DNA of 28,208 bases. It comes from Eledone cirrhosa. Its lineage: Eukaryota. The notes below the pieces were generated by a model, which worked only from the letters and a program-made list of their open reading frames with translations, did no database searches and had not been told where the DNA came from. The position numbers were made by a program, and so were the translations under genes. Location: NCBI GenBank assembly GCA_964016885.1, contig CAXHJY010000496.1, positions 1 through 28,208 on the forward strand, given 5' to 3'. Positions 1 to 11,083 of this stretch are shown here, in pieces. Position 1 is the stretch's first letter. Every line of letters starts with the position of its first letter.

Positions 1-423
1 GGTTTCAGAGGAATCCAAGGTAGTGTGCAGGTGAGAAGACTGCGCTGGTACGGGCATGTTATGCACATGGACAATAATCGATGGGAGAAGAAGTGCCAGG
101 AAATCCCATTGGATAGGAAGACGCAATAGAGGTAGACCAAGAAAAACCTGGGAAGTGGTGGTAAGAGCTGACCTCAAATCACTGAGACTCGTAGAGGAGA
201 TGACAAAGGATGGAAAAGAGTGGAGACATGTCCATTGGTATGAAGCCACAATAGAGGTTGACCAAGAAAGACTTGGACAGAGGTTGTGAGGTCTGACCTT
301 AAATCGCTAAGTCTAGCAGATGAGATGACTAAGCAAATCGGCGATTGGAGAGATGCTGTGCTGGGAAGGACCCATCCAACTCATGCAAGCGTGGAAAAAC
401 GAACTATAAACGATGATGATGAT

Positions 424-426
<3 letters not shown>
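1..426 (+). mobile_element. RTE-clade LINE 3' end, decayed, with duplicated C-terminal segment and (GAT)n tail
   Basis: Frame 1 reads VRRLRWYGHVMHMD, then after a frameshift RGRPRKTWEVVVRADLKSLRLVEEMTKDGKEWR. These match the LRWxGHVxRM and GRPRxxW motifs at the C-terminus of RTE ORFs. A second diverged copy of the segment starts at 249 and ends in (GAT)n at about 412-426. Confidence 0.85.
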
Positions 427-457
<31 letters not shown>

Positions 458-559
458 ATGCATGTGTGTGTATCTCTTGCGTGCGACATTGGTAGATGAA
501 AATTCCGTGGAAGCCTGTTTATGTCAGACACGTAATTTACAGATTCTACAAACCTAGTT

Positions 560-665
560 CAATAAAATAGATTAAACGAAATATTGGGTTCGATATGATC
601 GAATTAAAATCATTGAAGACGATGCCCCAGCTTCACTGCTTGGCAATGACTGAAATAAAACAGTA
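560..665 (+). mobile_element. Degenerate SINE 3' portion
   Basis: GATGCCCCAGC...AATGACTGAAAT is shared with the reverse complement of 19150-19185, and is preceded by a GGGTTCGATATGATCGA segment resembling the main SINE family. Confidence 0.45.
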
Positions 666-1151
666 AAGGTCCCCCTAAGACATCGTTGTGAAGAGAGAAG
701 TGTCACATTGTATAATGGTGTTCTAGATACACAGTTCTCAAGAGAATAAAAGGCCGATCCTAAGGAGATTGTCTTTGATATTATGTCTGCTCAATCATGA
801 CTGACCTGGGGTTAAAAAACAGCAGCAACAACAACACTTATCCTAGTTTTTGCAGTAACGTGTTTATAATATGGGAATATATACATGCATACGTACATCA
901 GTATTGACATACGCGTGTGAATAACATAGCGGTTCGACAAGAAAGTATCGATAAAATAATTACTGCTACTGAAACCAGAAAAACAACAATAATATATATA
1001 TACACATACATAAACACATATCTCTCTATATATACATACTCACATATATACTCAGATGTATATATATATACACATACATATATACATATATAAAGAGATC
1101 TATCTATATATATATATATATATATCTATACACTCATATATACCTATATAT

Positions 1152-1332
1152 AATTGTTTCCACTTTTGGCACAATGCCAGCTATTAATCCAGTGTATTAC
1201 TGGTACATTATTTTATCGACCCCGTAAGGATGAAAGGCAAAGATAACCTCGACGAGATTTGAACTCAGAATGGCAAGGGCCGTAACTCAATGCGTCAAAG
1301 CATGGCGTCCGGCCCTCTACCGATACTGCCAA
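1152..1332 (-). mobile_element. tRNA-derived SINE (main family, short variant)
   Basis: Minus strand has A-box-like TGGCAGTATCGG, B-box GAGTTCAAATC and the central block CTTTGCCTTTCATCCTTACGGGGTCGATAAAATAA, which recurs about ten times in the window. Confidence 0.85.
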
Positions 1333-1683
1333 TATATATATATATATACATACATACATAATGCCATCTCCACGCGCATATATAACTATTTTTTTTCCTT
1401 TCTTTCTGCAAGTCAATGACAAATTTTAATTCGAAAAAAATTATGTGTGTGTATGTGTGTGTGAGCGTGAGTGTGTGTGTATGTGTATGCATGTATGTGT
1501 GTATGTAGGTGTGTGTCATCCACTCCACCCCCGCTCTGAAAATATTCATACAATTTCATGACATTAGCTAATTTTTTATCTTATTCCTTTCTGTTTATTT
1601 GGCATTTTTTTTAATTGTTTGTCTTTTATTTGGGCTGTTTTATTATGTTTTTTTTTTTGTAAACAGAAACCCTATAATTGTAT

Positions 1684-2075
1684 GAACGACAACGACAGCA
1701 ATGACAACAATAACAACAATGACAGCAATGACAACAATAACAGCAATGACAACAATAACAACAATGACAGCAATGACAACAATAACAAAACAACAAAAAC
1801 AACGAGAACGAGAACGATGACAAACAATAACAACGATAACGAAAACAACAACAATGTAAAATAACGACGACGATGACAACGACGACGATAAACGATGACA
1901 ACGACACTAACAACAAAAACTGACAAAAACCGATAGTGAAAATCACCGACGACGACACCGACAAACAACGACGACAACGACAAACAACGAGGACAACGAC
2001 AAACGATGACAATGACGATGACAGATAACGATGACAAACAAACAATAACAACCACAACAACGACAATAACGACAA
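1684..2075. repeat. Degenerate (ACA/ACG/ATG)n trinucleotide repeat
   Basis: Runs of CAA/CGA/TGA triplets with a higher-order unit AATGACAGCAATGACAACAATAAC. Confidence 0.95.
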
Positions 2076-3386
2076 TGGCTGCGGCAGAAAAATATAGACG
2101 AAAATATATATTAACTTTTCTAATTCCTTAAAAAAAAAAACGGAAATAATAATATTATATAAGAGACCAAAAAATACCTCCATAAATGTAATTAAAGTAA
2201 TTAGTTTATATAATAAAGGTAATAATAAAGGTAATAATATTACTTTTATCGTTATTTACCTGTGATTCGGCTTGTTTTGTCCTTTCAACGAAAACTTATC
2301 GTCTGCTGGTCAGTGTAAAAAGTTCGGTAAACCCAACAACTCGAAGAACCGATAAGGCGTAAGAATAATTCTCATATACATTCATATATATACGTAAGTG
2401 TGTATACACAGACATCGTTATATATATAAATAAATGTATAAATATATATATATGGGTGTGTGTGTGTGTGTATATATATATATAATTTATATATATATAT
2501 TTCTTAAGTGCTGTGGGTTATATAAGCATATATCTATTTTATATATATATGCGTGTCTATATATATATAATATGAATATATATATGTATGCCTGTATGTA
2601 TATGTATATATATGTATGTATTTATATGTATGCTTGTATGTACATGTGTATATACATGTATGTATGCTTGTATGTATGTATATATAAATATATACACTCA
2701 CAATATCAAAACAAAATAAGGCAGACGAGAATTTCTAATGCTTTTGGTTTGAAGAACTGAAGTGAAATAAAATAAGAGGGAAGGAGAAAAGAAAAAAAAC
2801 ACGAGTTGATTGGTTCTCCTTTTCTCTCTCTCCCACCCCCGCTCACTACCTCCCTCCCTCCCTATCGTTTCTCTTTTGTTTATTTATACGATACCCCTAC
2901 CCACCGCCTCCCTCCTTCACACGCTTTCCCGCAGAAGAAGTCGGACAAATAGCATTTACGACACACACAGTTAATGTGGTATTCCTTCGCATGAACCAAT
3001 GCAATCGTAGGAGAAAAAGTAGTTCCATGACATAAATGCATGCACAAACACAAACTCACACACAAACACACAAATGATATAGGATATATCTAACTAGGCG
3101 CACTCTGATATCCATATTACTATATATATATATATGTTCATATTATATATGCATATATGTATATATGCATGTTTGTATATATATTCATACATATACATGC
3201 ATACACCTATATATTCATACATATACGCACACACATATATATGTATGTACACACACACACACACACACACACACATGCATACATAGAGAGAGAGAGGTGG
3301 GAGTGTTTACTGCAGTTAAACGCATCACAGATCAAATGTAAGATGTTTAGTCTAAAATTATCCATTTTCATCGGAGTGTGAAGATG

Positions 3387-3430
3387 CATGACATAAACAA
3401 ACAGGAAACATGACATAAACAAACAGGAAA
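3387..3430. repeat. Perfect 22-bp tandem duplication
   Basis: CATGACATAAACAAACAGGAAA occurs twice, head to tail. Confidence 0.9.
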
Positions 3431-3663
3431 CGTAGCTACAGTCACGGAAACGAACTCATTAACCACACAAACATGTCTGTTTTTCTGTCTTTAACAACAC
3501 TATTAGATTTGTTATTACCTGTTGAAGCTGAATTACAGGTAAACCTTACTCAAACTATTTTTAGATTCAACCTCTAAAATTATTTTTTGGAAACTATCCG
3601 TAGAAACACTAACCCTTTTGATATCAACTCCCTTGAAACCATATAACTGGTTTGTCTACTGTT

Positions 3664-3716
3664 TATATATATATATATAGAGAGATAGAGAGAGATAGAG
3701 AGAGAGAGATAGAGAG

Positions 3717-3767
<51 letters not shown>

Positions 3768-3782
3768 GAGAGAGAGAGAGAG
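3664..3782. repeat. (TA)n/(GA)n/(GATA)n compound microsatellite
   Basis: Seen directly. Confidence 0.95.
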
Positions 3783-3840
3783 CGGATCTAGCTGTCGAAA
3801 CGGACGGAGCTCAGCCGTCGGTGTCTTGACTCTTTTCCTA
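3783..3840 (+). mobile_element. Fold-back family A, single arm (subfamily A2)
   Basis: GGATCTAGCTGTCGAAACGGACGGAGCTCAGCCGTCGG...GACTCTTTTCCTA then (TA)n. Matches the right arm of the copy at 23794-23993. Confidence 0.85.
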
Positions 3841-3859
3841 TATATATATATATATATAG

Positions 3860-4146
3860 TAAAAAAGAAAAGAACAGTAGAAAATGCTAAAGAGATTTTC
3901 TCTCAGAATAACATCAAAACATTTATTTACAAAATAGAAATTTCCACATTAATTGTACCGGTTTCAGCTTGTATGCTTTTTCAACGACGGAAGTGTATAA
4001 TGCAATTAAATTGCATATTGTTAAGAATAATAAGAATATGCGGAAATATTTTTTTTTGTTTTTACATACATATTTAATGAGAAAAGTTGACATTTTTTCA
4101 TATGGGTACCTTATTTACTGTGGTTAACCCCAATTTCGCCCGGGAT
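3860..4146 (+). mobile_element. Decayed PLE-like fragment with inverted minimal hammerhead and 3' tail
   Basis: Minus strand 3956-3984 reads TTGAAAA-AGC-ATACAA-GCT-GAAAC-CG-GTA. The tail at 4100-4145 is homologous, in reverse complement, to 21094-21140. Boundaries are approximate. Confidence 0.55.
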
Positions 4147-4514
4147 CTATCTATCTATTCGCTTTTCAAATCAAGTGGTATCACTGTTTAAGTCTCACTG
4201 CCGATACCTTGGGTTAATTTCTTCAGGTATTGCTTGCGGTTGAGCAATGCCTTGTGAAAAAACGTGGTAAATGGAATTATTGTGTAAGTGGTTAAGTATA
4301 CCAAAGACATTTGCGCCCGTTAACAGAATTCTCAGGGATATTCAGTGTGGCAATTCAGCACTGACAATTCCGGCTTTGAATTATAGAGATCGTTCAGTAG
4401 ATGAGCTTTCAAAACATATTCCATCTACTCGATCTCGCTCAAAATGAAATGGAAAATAACACGGTGTAGGATCTAACCGTAGGCGAAGAGCTGGAACAAA
4501 TAACTAGACAGTTT

Positions 4515-4700
4515 AATCATGCTTTCTGATTTAGGTATAAGGCCAGCAATATCTTTGGCAGGAAGGAAAAAATCGATTAAATCGAGTCCAGTGCATTACT
4601 GGTACTTTATTTTATCGACTCCTTAAGGACGAAAAACAAAGCTATCTTCGGCGGGATTTGAACTCAGAACGTAAAGGGCCGTAATTAAATGCCACGAAGA
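4515..4700 (-). mobile_element. tRNA-derived SINE (main family)
   Basis: Plus strand has TTACTGGTACTTTATTTTATCGAC...GGCGGGATTTGAACTCAGAACG. Confidence 0.8.
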
Positions 4701-4710
4701 ATATTGCAAT

Positions 4711-4928
4711 AATTATGGCTTACGATTTAGGCAGAAGGCCAATAATTTTTGGCGGTGAGGAAAAGGTTGATTAAATCAACCCCCAATGTTTTGCTGGTAC
4801 TTTATTCTAACGACCTCCTAAGGATGAAAGGCAAAGCTACCCTCGGTGGGATTTGAACACAGAACTTAAACTTATGTAACTATATGCTTGCAAAGCGCTT
4901 TGTCCAACGCTCAACCGGTTACTGCCAA
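4711..4928 (-). mobile_element. tRNA-derived SINE (main family), tandem to the previous copy
   Basis: Same central block and B-box, ending in CTGCCAA (A-box on the minus strand). Confidence 0.8.
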
Positions 4929-5244
4929 AACTATTGAGAGACCAAAATAAGAACGTGAAACAAGAAAAAGAGCACAAAAAAAAGAAAGAAAGAAAGTGAA
5001 TGAGGAAAGAGTTTAAAGAGATTTAGAAGCCAAAGTTGGATGAATGTGGTGATCAGTTAGACATTTCTACAGAACACACTGGAAGCTAGAAAACGATACG
5101 GAAAATTGATATAAAAAAATGTTAAGATAATACTTACATATATTTGAACAATGACTAGGACTATCCAACTTCCTATAGAGTCTCCGCCTGTTAGTTAAAT
5201 GTATCACAAACACACATGTTCTCTTTTCCGCTCTTCTCTATCTA

Positions 5245-5361
5245 CATCTCTCTCCTTCTCTCACCAACTTTCCGCCCTCTCTCTCACCAACTTTCCGCTC
5301 TCTCTCTCCTTCTCTCACCAACTTTCCGTTCTCTCTCTCTCTCCTTCTCTCACCAACTTTC

Positions 5362-5396
<35 letters not shown>
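5245..5396. repeat. Minisatellite CTCTCACCAACTTTCCG x4 in a (CT)n background
   Basis: Four copies of the core separated by variable CT tracts. Confidence 0.9.
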
Positions 5397-5398
<2 letters not shown>

Positions 5399-5548
5399 CC
5401 CAAAGACGTACAGCACACCGCTGCATCCATCCACTCCACCTATCTATTTATTTACGCCTATAAGAATGGAGGTGGTTTAAAATACAACAGTGCGTAAAAC
5501 ATTCAAATATTAATTGAATAAGTACTCAATATGCCTAATTAGTGTGTA

Positions 5549-5590
<42 letters not shown>

Positions 5591-5593
<3 letters not shown>

Positions 5594-5734
5594 AGAGTTT
5601 ATATATAGATCAGAAAATCTGATGAGAAGATCGGGTTGAAACCAGGTCTATAGCATTTACATAGATCCTGAGCTACCCAGCTGTGAAACAGACGTAACTT
5701 TGTATAACCAATAAAGGCCATAATGTGAAACCTC

Positions 5735-5737
<3 letters not shown>
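5591..5737 (+). mobile_element. Hammerhead-bearing short element (family C) between two (TA)n tracts
   Basis: CTGATGA at 5619-5625, GAAAC at 5685-5689, GTA at 5694-5696. Homologous to the reverse complement of 18451-18565. Confidence 0.7.
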
Positions 5738-5788
<51 letters not shown>

Positions 5789-6026
5789 CATATATACAGT
5801 TAAAGAAAACATTATAAACACACAATGAGATGTAAAAAAACAAAATTCTTATTCACGTTTAGGAGGAAGTGCGGGTGTGAGAGATAGATAGATAGATAGA
5901 TATATTTCTTAATTAGCCACAGGGGCACAAAAGAAGGGGACAAATACAAAGGGGGAAGTTTACATACAATAAAAACGTGTAAAATGTTATCACAGATGGA
6001 ATTTAAAAGTTAGTCGAATTTCCCCA

Positions 6027-6027
<1 letters not shown>

Positions 6028-6071
<44 letters not shown>

Positions 6072-6158
6072 GAAATAGAGAGATAGATAGATAGAGGAAT
6101 AGAGAGATAGAGATAGATAGAGAGATGGATAGAGAGATAGAGATGGATAGAGAGATAG

Positions 6159-6216
<58 letters not shown>

Positions 6217-6305
6217 ATAGAGAGATAGATAGATAGAGGAATAGAGAGATAGATAGATAGAGATAGATAGAGAGATGGATAGAGAGATAGAGAGATAGAG
6301 AGAGA
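6028..6305. repeat. (GATA)n/(GA)n compound microsatellite
   Basis: Seen directly. Confidence 0.95.
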
Positions 6306-6416
6306 TCTTATTTCGACGACTAACAGTTCCGGGTTCAGAGTTGCAATTAACTTTTCGATTTTGAAAAAAGCCCCCCAAAACTTGAATTGAACTAACAGAG
6401 CCTATGTGAACCTACC

Positions 6417-6467
<51 letters not shown>

Positions 6468-6469
6468 TT

Positions 6470-6636
6470 ATGGGAAAAGAGAGGACCCCGACGGCTGACC
6501 TCCGGCCGTTTCGTCAGCTAGATCCGAACAGCCGTCGGGGTCCTGACTCTTATCCTATTACCCACTCTACTACCCTAAGTATTGAGTACTCTGGCATGTT
6601 ATGGTCCACCTGGTTTCTTACCACACTTTCAATGTT
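6470..6636 (+). mobile_element. Fold-back family A (A2), internal deletion in the right arm
   Basis: Left arm GGACCCCGACGGCTG...TTTCGTCAGCTAGATCC, shortened right arm, then the family tail ATTACCCACTCTACTACCCTAAGTATTGAGTACT...CTTACCACA. Preceded by (TA)n. Confidence 0.9.
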
Positions 6637-6736
6637 TACATCTCCACACACTCACATACATATATATATATTTACATATATATATATATATACATACATA
6701 TATGTAATAAGCTGTAATAAAAAATATATTGTCTCA

Positions 6737-6857
<121 letters not shown>

Positions 6858-7314
6858 ACACACACAGTGTGAGGTGATACGCCCACATAGATAATTATAT
6901 AGGTATAATCGTACAAGTGGAAAGAAGTAAAAGTAGTATTAGAGAGAGAGAGAGAGAGATGGGTCATGGAGTACACGTGAACGGAATCTAAACGAGTAGG
7001 AAAGGCAGATTGTGAGACACACCGCCGGATGCCTGGCGGTGCACAGGCTTCAAGGACATACGAAATGTGTGTGTGTATGTATATATATGTGTGTATGTGT
7101 GTGTAAGTACTAATGCACCTGGTTATGGTGGGACTGATAATGTTGTAGGAACTCAATGTGTCCTTGGAAGGACGGTTGCAGTGAGAATCGCAATGTTACC
7201 GGCAGTTTTTGTGGTAGGTGATCACCGCCTACGGTACCCTCGAAGAAAATACATCCGGGCTATAAAGTTATTTACATATATTTGTTTGTGTGACTTCTGT
7301 TTTTATTGTTCTAT

Positions 7315-7350
<36 letters not shown>

Positions 7351-7351
<1 letters not shown>

Positions 7352-7549
7352 ACGAAGGAAATGTGGTAAGGAACCAGGTGGACCATAACGCACCAAAGTA
7401 CTCAATACTTAGGGTAGTAGAGTAGGTAATAGGAACGAGTAGGACCCCGACGGCTGAGCTCAAGCCGTTTCGACGGCTAATTCTGGACATTCGAGTCCAG
7501 AATTAGCCGTCGAAACGGCTTGAGCTCAGCCGTCGGGGTCCTACTCGTT

Positions 7550-7554
<5 letters not shown>
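7351..7554 (-). mobile_element. Fold-back family A (A1), intact copy
   Basis: Perfect 60-bp arms at 7429-7488 and 7495-7554, 6-nt loop, 78-bp unique tail, (TA)n on both sides. Each arm carries the hammerhead 3' half GAAAC-GGC-loop-GCC-GTC-GGGGT. Confidence 0.92.
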
Positions 7555-7584
<30 letters not shown>

Positions 7585-7589
<5 letters not shown>

Positions 7590-7792
7590 AAAAGAGTCAG
7601 GGCCCCGACGGCTGAGCTCCGGCCGTTTTGACAGCTAGATCCGAACTGTTTGGATCTAGATGTCGAAACGACCGAAGCTCGGCTGTCAGGGTCCTGACTC
7701 TTTTCCTATTACCCACTCTACTATCCTAAGTGTCGAGTACTCTGCTGCGTTATGGTCCACCTGGAATCTTACCACACCTTCTTTCTTTCTTT
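7585..7792 (+). mobile_element. Fold-back family A (A2), diverged full copy
   Basis: Imperfect palindrome centred on GATCCGAACTGTTTGGATC, followed by the family tail. (TA)n on both sides. Confidence 0.9.
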
Positions 7793-8584
7793 ATATATAT
7801 ATATTTATATATATATATACTTAAGAAAATTAACAGAGGACAAGACAACGAACGGAAACAAAACAAAACGAAACGAAACGAAAAACAATTTTTTAATGGG
7901 AAACCTTAAAAAATTATTTAAAAAAATAAATATACAAACGAAGGACAGAGAACTTTATGATCATCGGCCTTTGAGGTGGACGTAGGCAGTTTCGACCCCT
8001 ATCAACAGTATTGCTAGTCCATTTGGGGTCAATGTTTGGTGTCCATAACACGTAAATCATGAGTGAAACAAATATATATATAATTAAATAGGAAGTATAT
8101 TGACTTCCTCTTAGTCGAATGTCCAAAAGGCAAACATATTTTGTGTTATTTCAACCAAGTTGATATATTGCTGATAGAGTCAGTTGACAGGCGGAGGGAC
8201 ATAGGTTAACAAGATTGTTATGCCAAAAATGCATTGGAACAAATTAAAAATGAAAGATCTCGCCAATAGCTGCAGGTATGTTACAACTCACAAGCATGTG
8301 CTTACATTAGCATAGCTGAAACTCTGCACGTAAATACCCAATACCGGATTTACATATAAGTTAACTAGGTTGAAGTCTCATATTCCACGTCTCACCCCCC
8401 CCCCCCATCGTGTAGTTTTAAATATATTTAAAAATATATATTAATATGTAGCTATTAAACACATGATAAAATTATATATTAATATATAGCTATGAAACTT
8501 ATGTTGGTAGAAAAATAGAATACTATAATCGTTATTAAATATATTTCTATTTTTACTGTTGATGTTATCTCAGGTTTAGAGGTC

Positions 8585-8860
8585 GGTATGACTCGTGGCT
8601 TAGTAGTTAGAGAATTGGGTACGCAATTGTGTGGTTGCGAGTTCGATTCCCGGACTGGGCAGGGCGATGCATTATCTCCTTGAGGAGGGCATTTTATTTC
8701 ATGTTGCTTTCTGCCAGGCTTTGGGACCGGTAGATAGTATCAGAAATGGAAAGACAAATGGAAACATTGTTTCCTTGGTCCGATTTGACAGGTGCCACCC
8801 GCACTCGGTAAGCGAAGGAGGTCTGGGAACTTGTCCATCGATGCAACGATACTAGCATCT
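8585..8860 (+). mobile_element. tRNA-derived SINE, second family (CORE-like)
   Basis: A-box TGGCTTAGTAGTT, B-box GAGTTCGATTCCC, CORE-like TCCTTGAGGAGGGCATTT. Collinear with 16120-16308. Confidence 0.75.
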
Positions 8861-8949
8861 CAGTATAGTTTGATATGTAGGTCTAGACTCGTGTACTTAA
8901 TATTTCAAGCTTCTAACAAGCAGCTGCAGAGGCCGCCAAATATTTTTTA

Positions 8950-9215
8950 TTTTGCTCGAGGTCTATCTTTGGGTTCCCTGCCGTGTATTTTATTTTTTCT
9001 TTCCCGTAAAATCCGTTCAGCGATTCTTTCCTTAGAAATCTTAACCATAAGTCTGTCGTATCATATCAGAGCTGTGATTTCTCGATGTAGAGAAGTAGCG
9101 GCTTTACCTGGAAAGTTTCCTCGATCTTGGAATTTCGTGTCTTGTCAAGTAACGTTACTCCAAAGAACCTTTGGAGGAACCATCTTTCGGCTTCTTGTAT
9201 TTACTATCGTATTCT
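8950..9215 (-). mobile_element. RTE-clade LINE ORF C-terminal remnant
   Basis: Manual minus-strand translation: AERWFLQRFFGVTLLDKTRNSKIEETFQVKPLLLYIEKSQL*, frameshift, then MVKISKERIAERIL...GREPKDRPRAK. This fits the RTE C-terminal pattern FLRRIxGVTxxDxxRNxxIR...QLRW...GRPR. Confidence 0.75.
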
Positions 9216-9490
9216 TCCTAAAATAAGTCTCGAAAATAAGACTCGAAAATCTACCCTGTGTTCTGGAGGCCGAAGGTTGTATTTCTCAAAGGCCTACCCT
9301 AACCCCAGAGGAAAATTATCCATACCATGAAAATAAAAAGAAACTTAAAAAAAAAAAAAGAATTCTTTGATCTACTACTTAGCCTATCATTTCACCGCCT
9401 ACTCACCTTACAGTGTAGTCATTAACAGTTTAAACACTATTATTACCAACAAATGTCTATTATTTTTTAGTTGTCTCAAGTACTCAAATT

Positions 9491-9620
9491 AAGGCGGAAA
9501 ATTGTCAGAGTTGTAAAAACGTTGGATAGAATGTTTTGCAGGATATTCTTTCCAACTTTCCGAGTTCAAATCCCACCGAGGTCAACTTTACCTTTCGTCC
9601 TTTCGAGGTCAATAAAAAAA
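9491..9620 (+). mobile_element. tRNA-derived SINE (main family), 3'-truncated
   Basis: GAGTTCAAATCCCACCGAGGTCAACTTTACCTTTCGTCCTTTCGAGGTCAATAAA. Confidence 0.75.
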
Positions 9621-10330
9621 TAGAAATAGTGTCTTCGACGCCAGGAAATACGGTAATTTTCGCGAGCAAGCTGTCTATTCCGTTGAACGAAAAACTAAAA
9701 CTATCATCATTGAAACTGACGAACGTCCGTTCCATTCATCTCTTAACAAAATAAAGCAGTTTTTTTTTTCCCCCTCATAAAATTTCTTTTTCTCCTTTTT
9801 TTAATTGCTAGTTCACAGGTATTTCGTTTGAAATATATCTATGAGGTTACTCTCTGGCAGGTGTGTTTAAATACATATTCACAGACGAGGCGTTTTTTGA
9901 ATTCTTGGAAACAATTACATGGTGAAACTTTATCTCGTTTTTCTTTTGGAACAATTTCATAACGAAGTTTCATCTTCGTTTCTTTCTTAATATATCATTG
10001 CGGAATTCTATCCTAATTTCTTTTAAAACTATTTCTCTATGCAATTCCACTTGCATTTCCTCCTACCTACAACATATTTTTCTTGTTGTTCTTGGTGATG
10101 TAGTTGTTTAGCGCTAAATTAAAATTTTAATTGAGATTTTTTTTTTCGATTTTTATTGCGTGGATATTTCATGGAAAATAAGATTTCATTGAAACATTTT
10201 GTATGTTTGTTTGTTTTTATTACAATAATCCCGTGGGGGTGTTGTTTTAACCGTCGTAAGTGTGTGTGTGTGTGTGTGTGGGGGGGGGGATACTTTCTTG
10301 TTTTTTATTCACATAGAGGGAAAAATAGAC

Positions 10331-10361
<31 letters not shown>

Positions 10362-10396
10362 GAGCGAGAGGGGGAGCGAGCGAGAGAAAAGAGATG

Positions 10397-10455
10397 GCCC
10401 GCCAAAGAATGAATGTCAAATTTGACCTGGGAGGTATTCGAACTTACAACGTTAT
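10397..10455 (-). mobile_element. Highly degenerate SINE fragment
   Basis: GAATGAATGTCAAATTTGACCTGGGAGGTATTCGAACT resembles GGATGAAAGGCAAAGTTAACCTCGGCGGGATTTGAACT. Confidence 0.45.
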
Positions 10456-10512
10456 GTCTTCAGACAACATACCAGAGGAGATAAAAGATGTAAACCAGCT
10501 GCATCAATGTAT

Positions 10513-10574
<62 letters not shown>

Positions 10575-10691
10575 ATGTTTGTGTATTTAGGTGTTTGTGT
10601 TTATGTGTCAGGGTTTATGTATATATATATGTGTGTGTATGTATGTGTATATATGTTTGTGTATTTATGTATGTGTTTATGCACCTGTGTG

Positions 10692-10748
<57 letters not shown>

Positions 10749-10869
10749 ACAATTAACACCCAAACAACAACAATTACCAAGAAAGAAATGATAGGAATGC
10801 TGGAGATGGATTCGTTTCGTCTGATATAAACCACAACAAAGATAATATTGCTCTACCTGTTACAACAAC

Positions 10870-11081
10870 GACAATGATTTGTAGTATAGCCACAAGGCCA
10901 GTAATTTGGGGGCAGGGGAAAGTCGATTAAATCAACCCCAGTGCATTATTGGTACTTTATTTTATCAACCCCGTAAAGATGAAAGGCAAAGTTAACCTCG
11001 GTGGGATTTGAACTCAGTCCGTAAACGGCCGTAACTCTATGCTACAAATCATAGCGTCGACGCTCTACCGATTCTGCCAAT
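10870..11081 (-). mobile_element. tRNA-derived SINE (main family), near full length
   Basis: A-box TGGCAGAATCGG, B-box GAGTTCAAATCCC, central block and 3' GGCCTTGTG segment are all present on the minus strand. Confidence 0.88.
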
Positions 11082-11083
11082 CC

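Noticed and set aside
1619-2183. Asn-rich and Cys-rich ORFs
   Set aside because: They are trinucleotide repeat translations.
2255-2310. Possible minus-strand micro-exon with donor CAG|GTAAAT
   Set aside because: The splice signals are plausible, but the peptide is unrecognisable and there are no partner exons. It cannot be supported without RNA data.
7020-7041. GC-rich hairpin CACCGCCGG-ATGC-CTGGCGGTG as a Helitron 3' end
   Set aside because: No CTRR terminus at the expected distance and no second copy in the window.
7429-7554. miRNA precursor, rho-independent terminator or MITE
   Set aside because: It is multi-copy and asymmetric, with the hairpin at one end and a unique tail. The inverted repeats are not terminal and it carries ribozyme core motifs. 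Small-RNA production is not excluded.
8190-8281. Possible exon ending at CAG|GTATGT
   Set aside because: All three frames from the nearest acceptor contain stop codons.
8585-8665. tRNA gene
   Set aside because: A and B boxes are present but there is no cloverleaf, and the sequence continues into a SINE body shared with 16120-16308.
8792-9226. 144-aa plus-strand ORF
   Set aside because: It is the antisense shadow of the RTE remnant plus a SINE tail.
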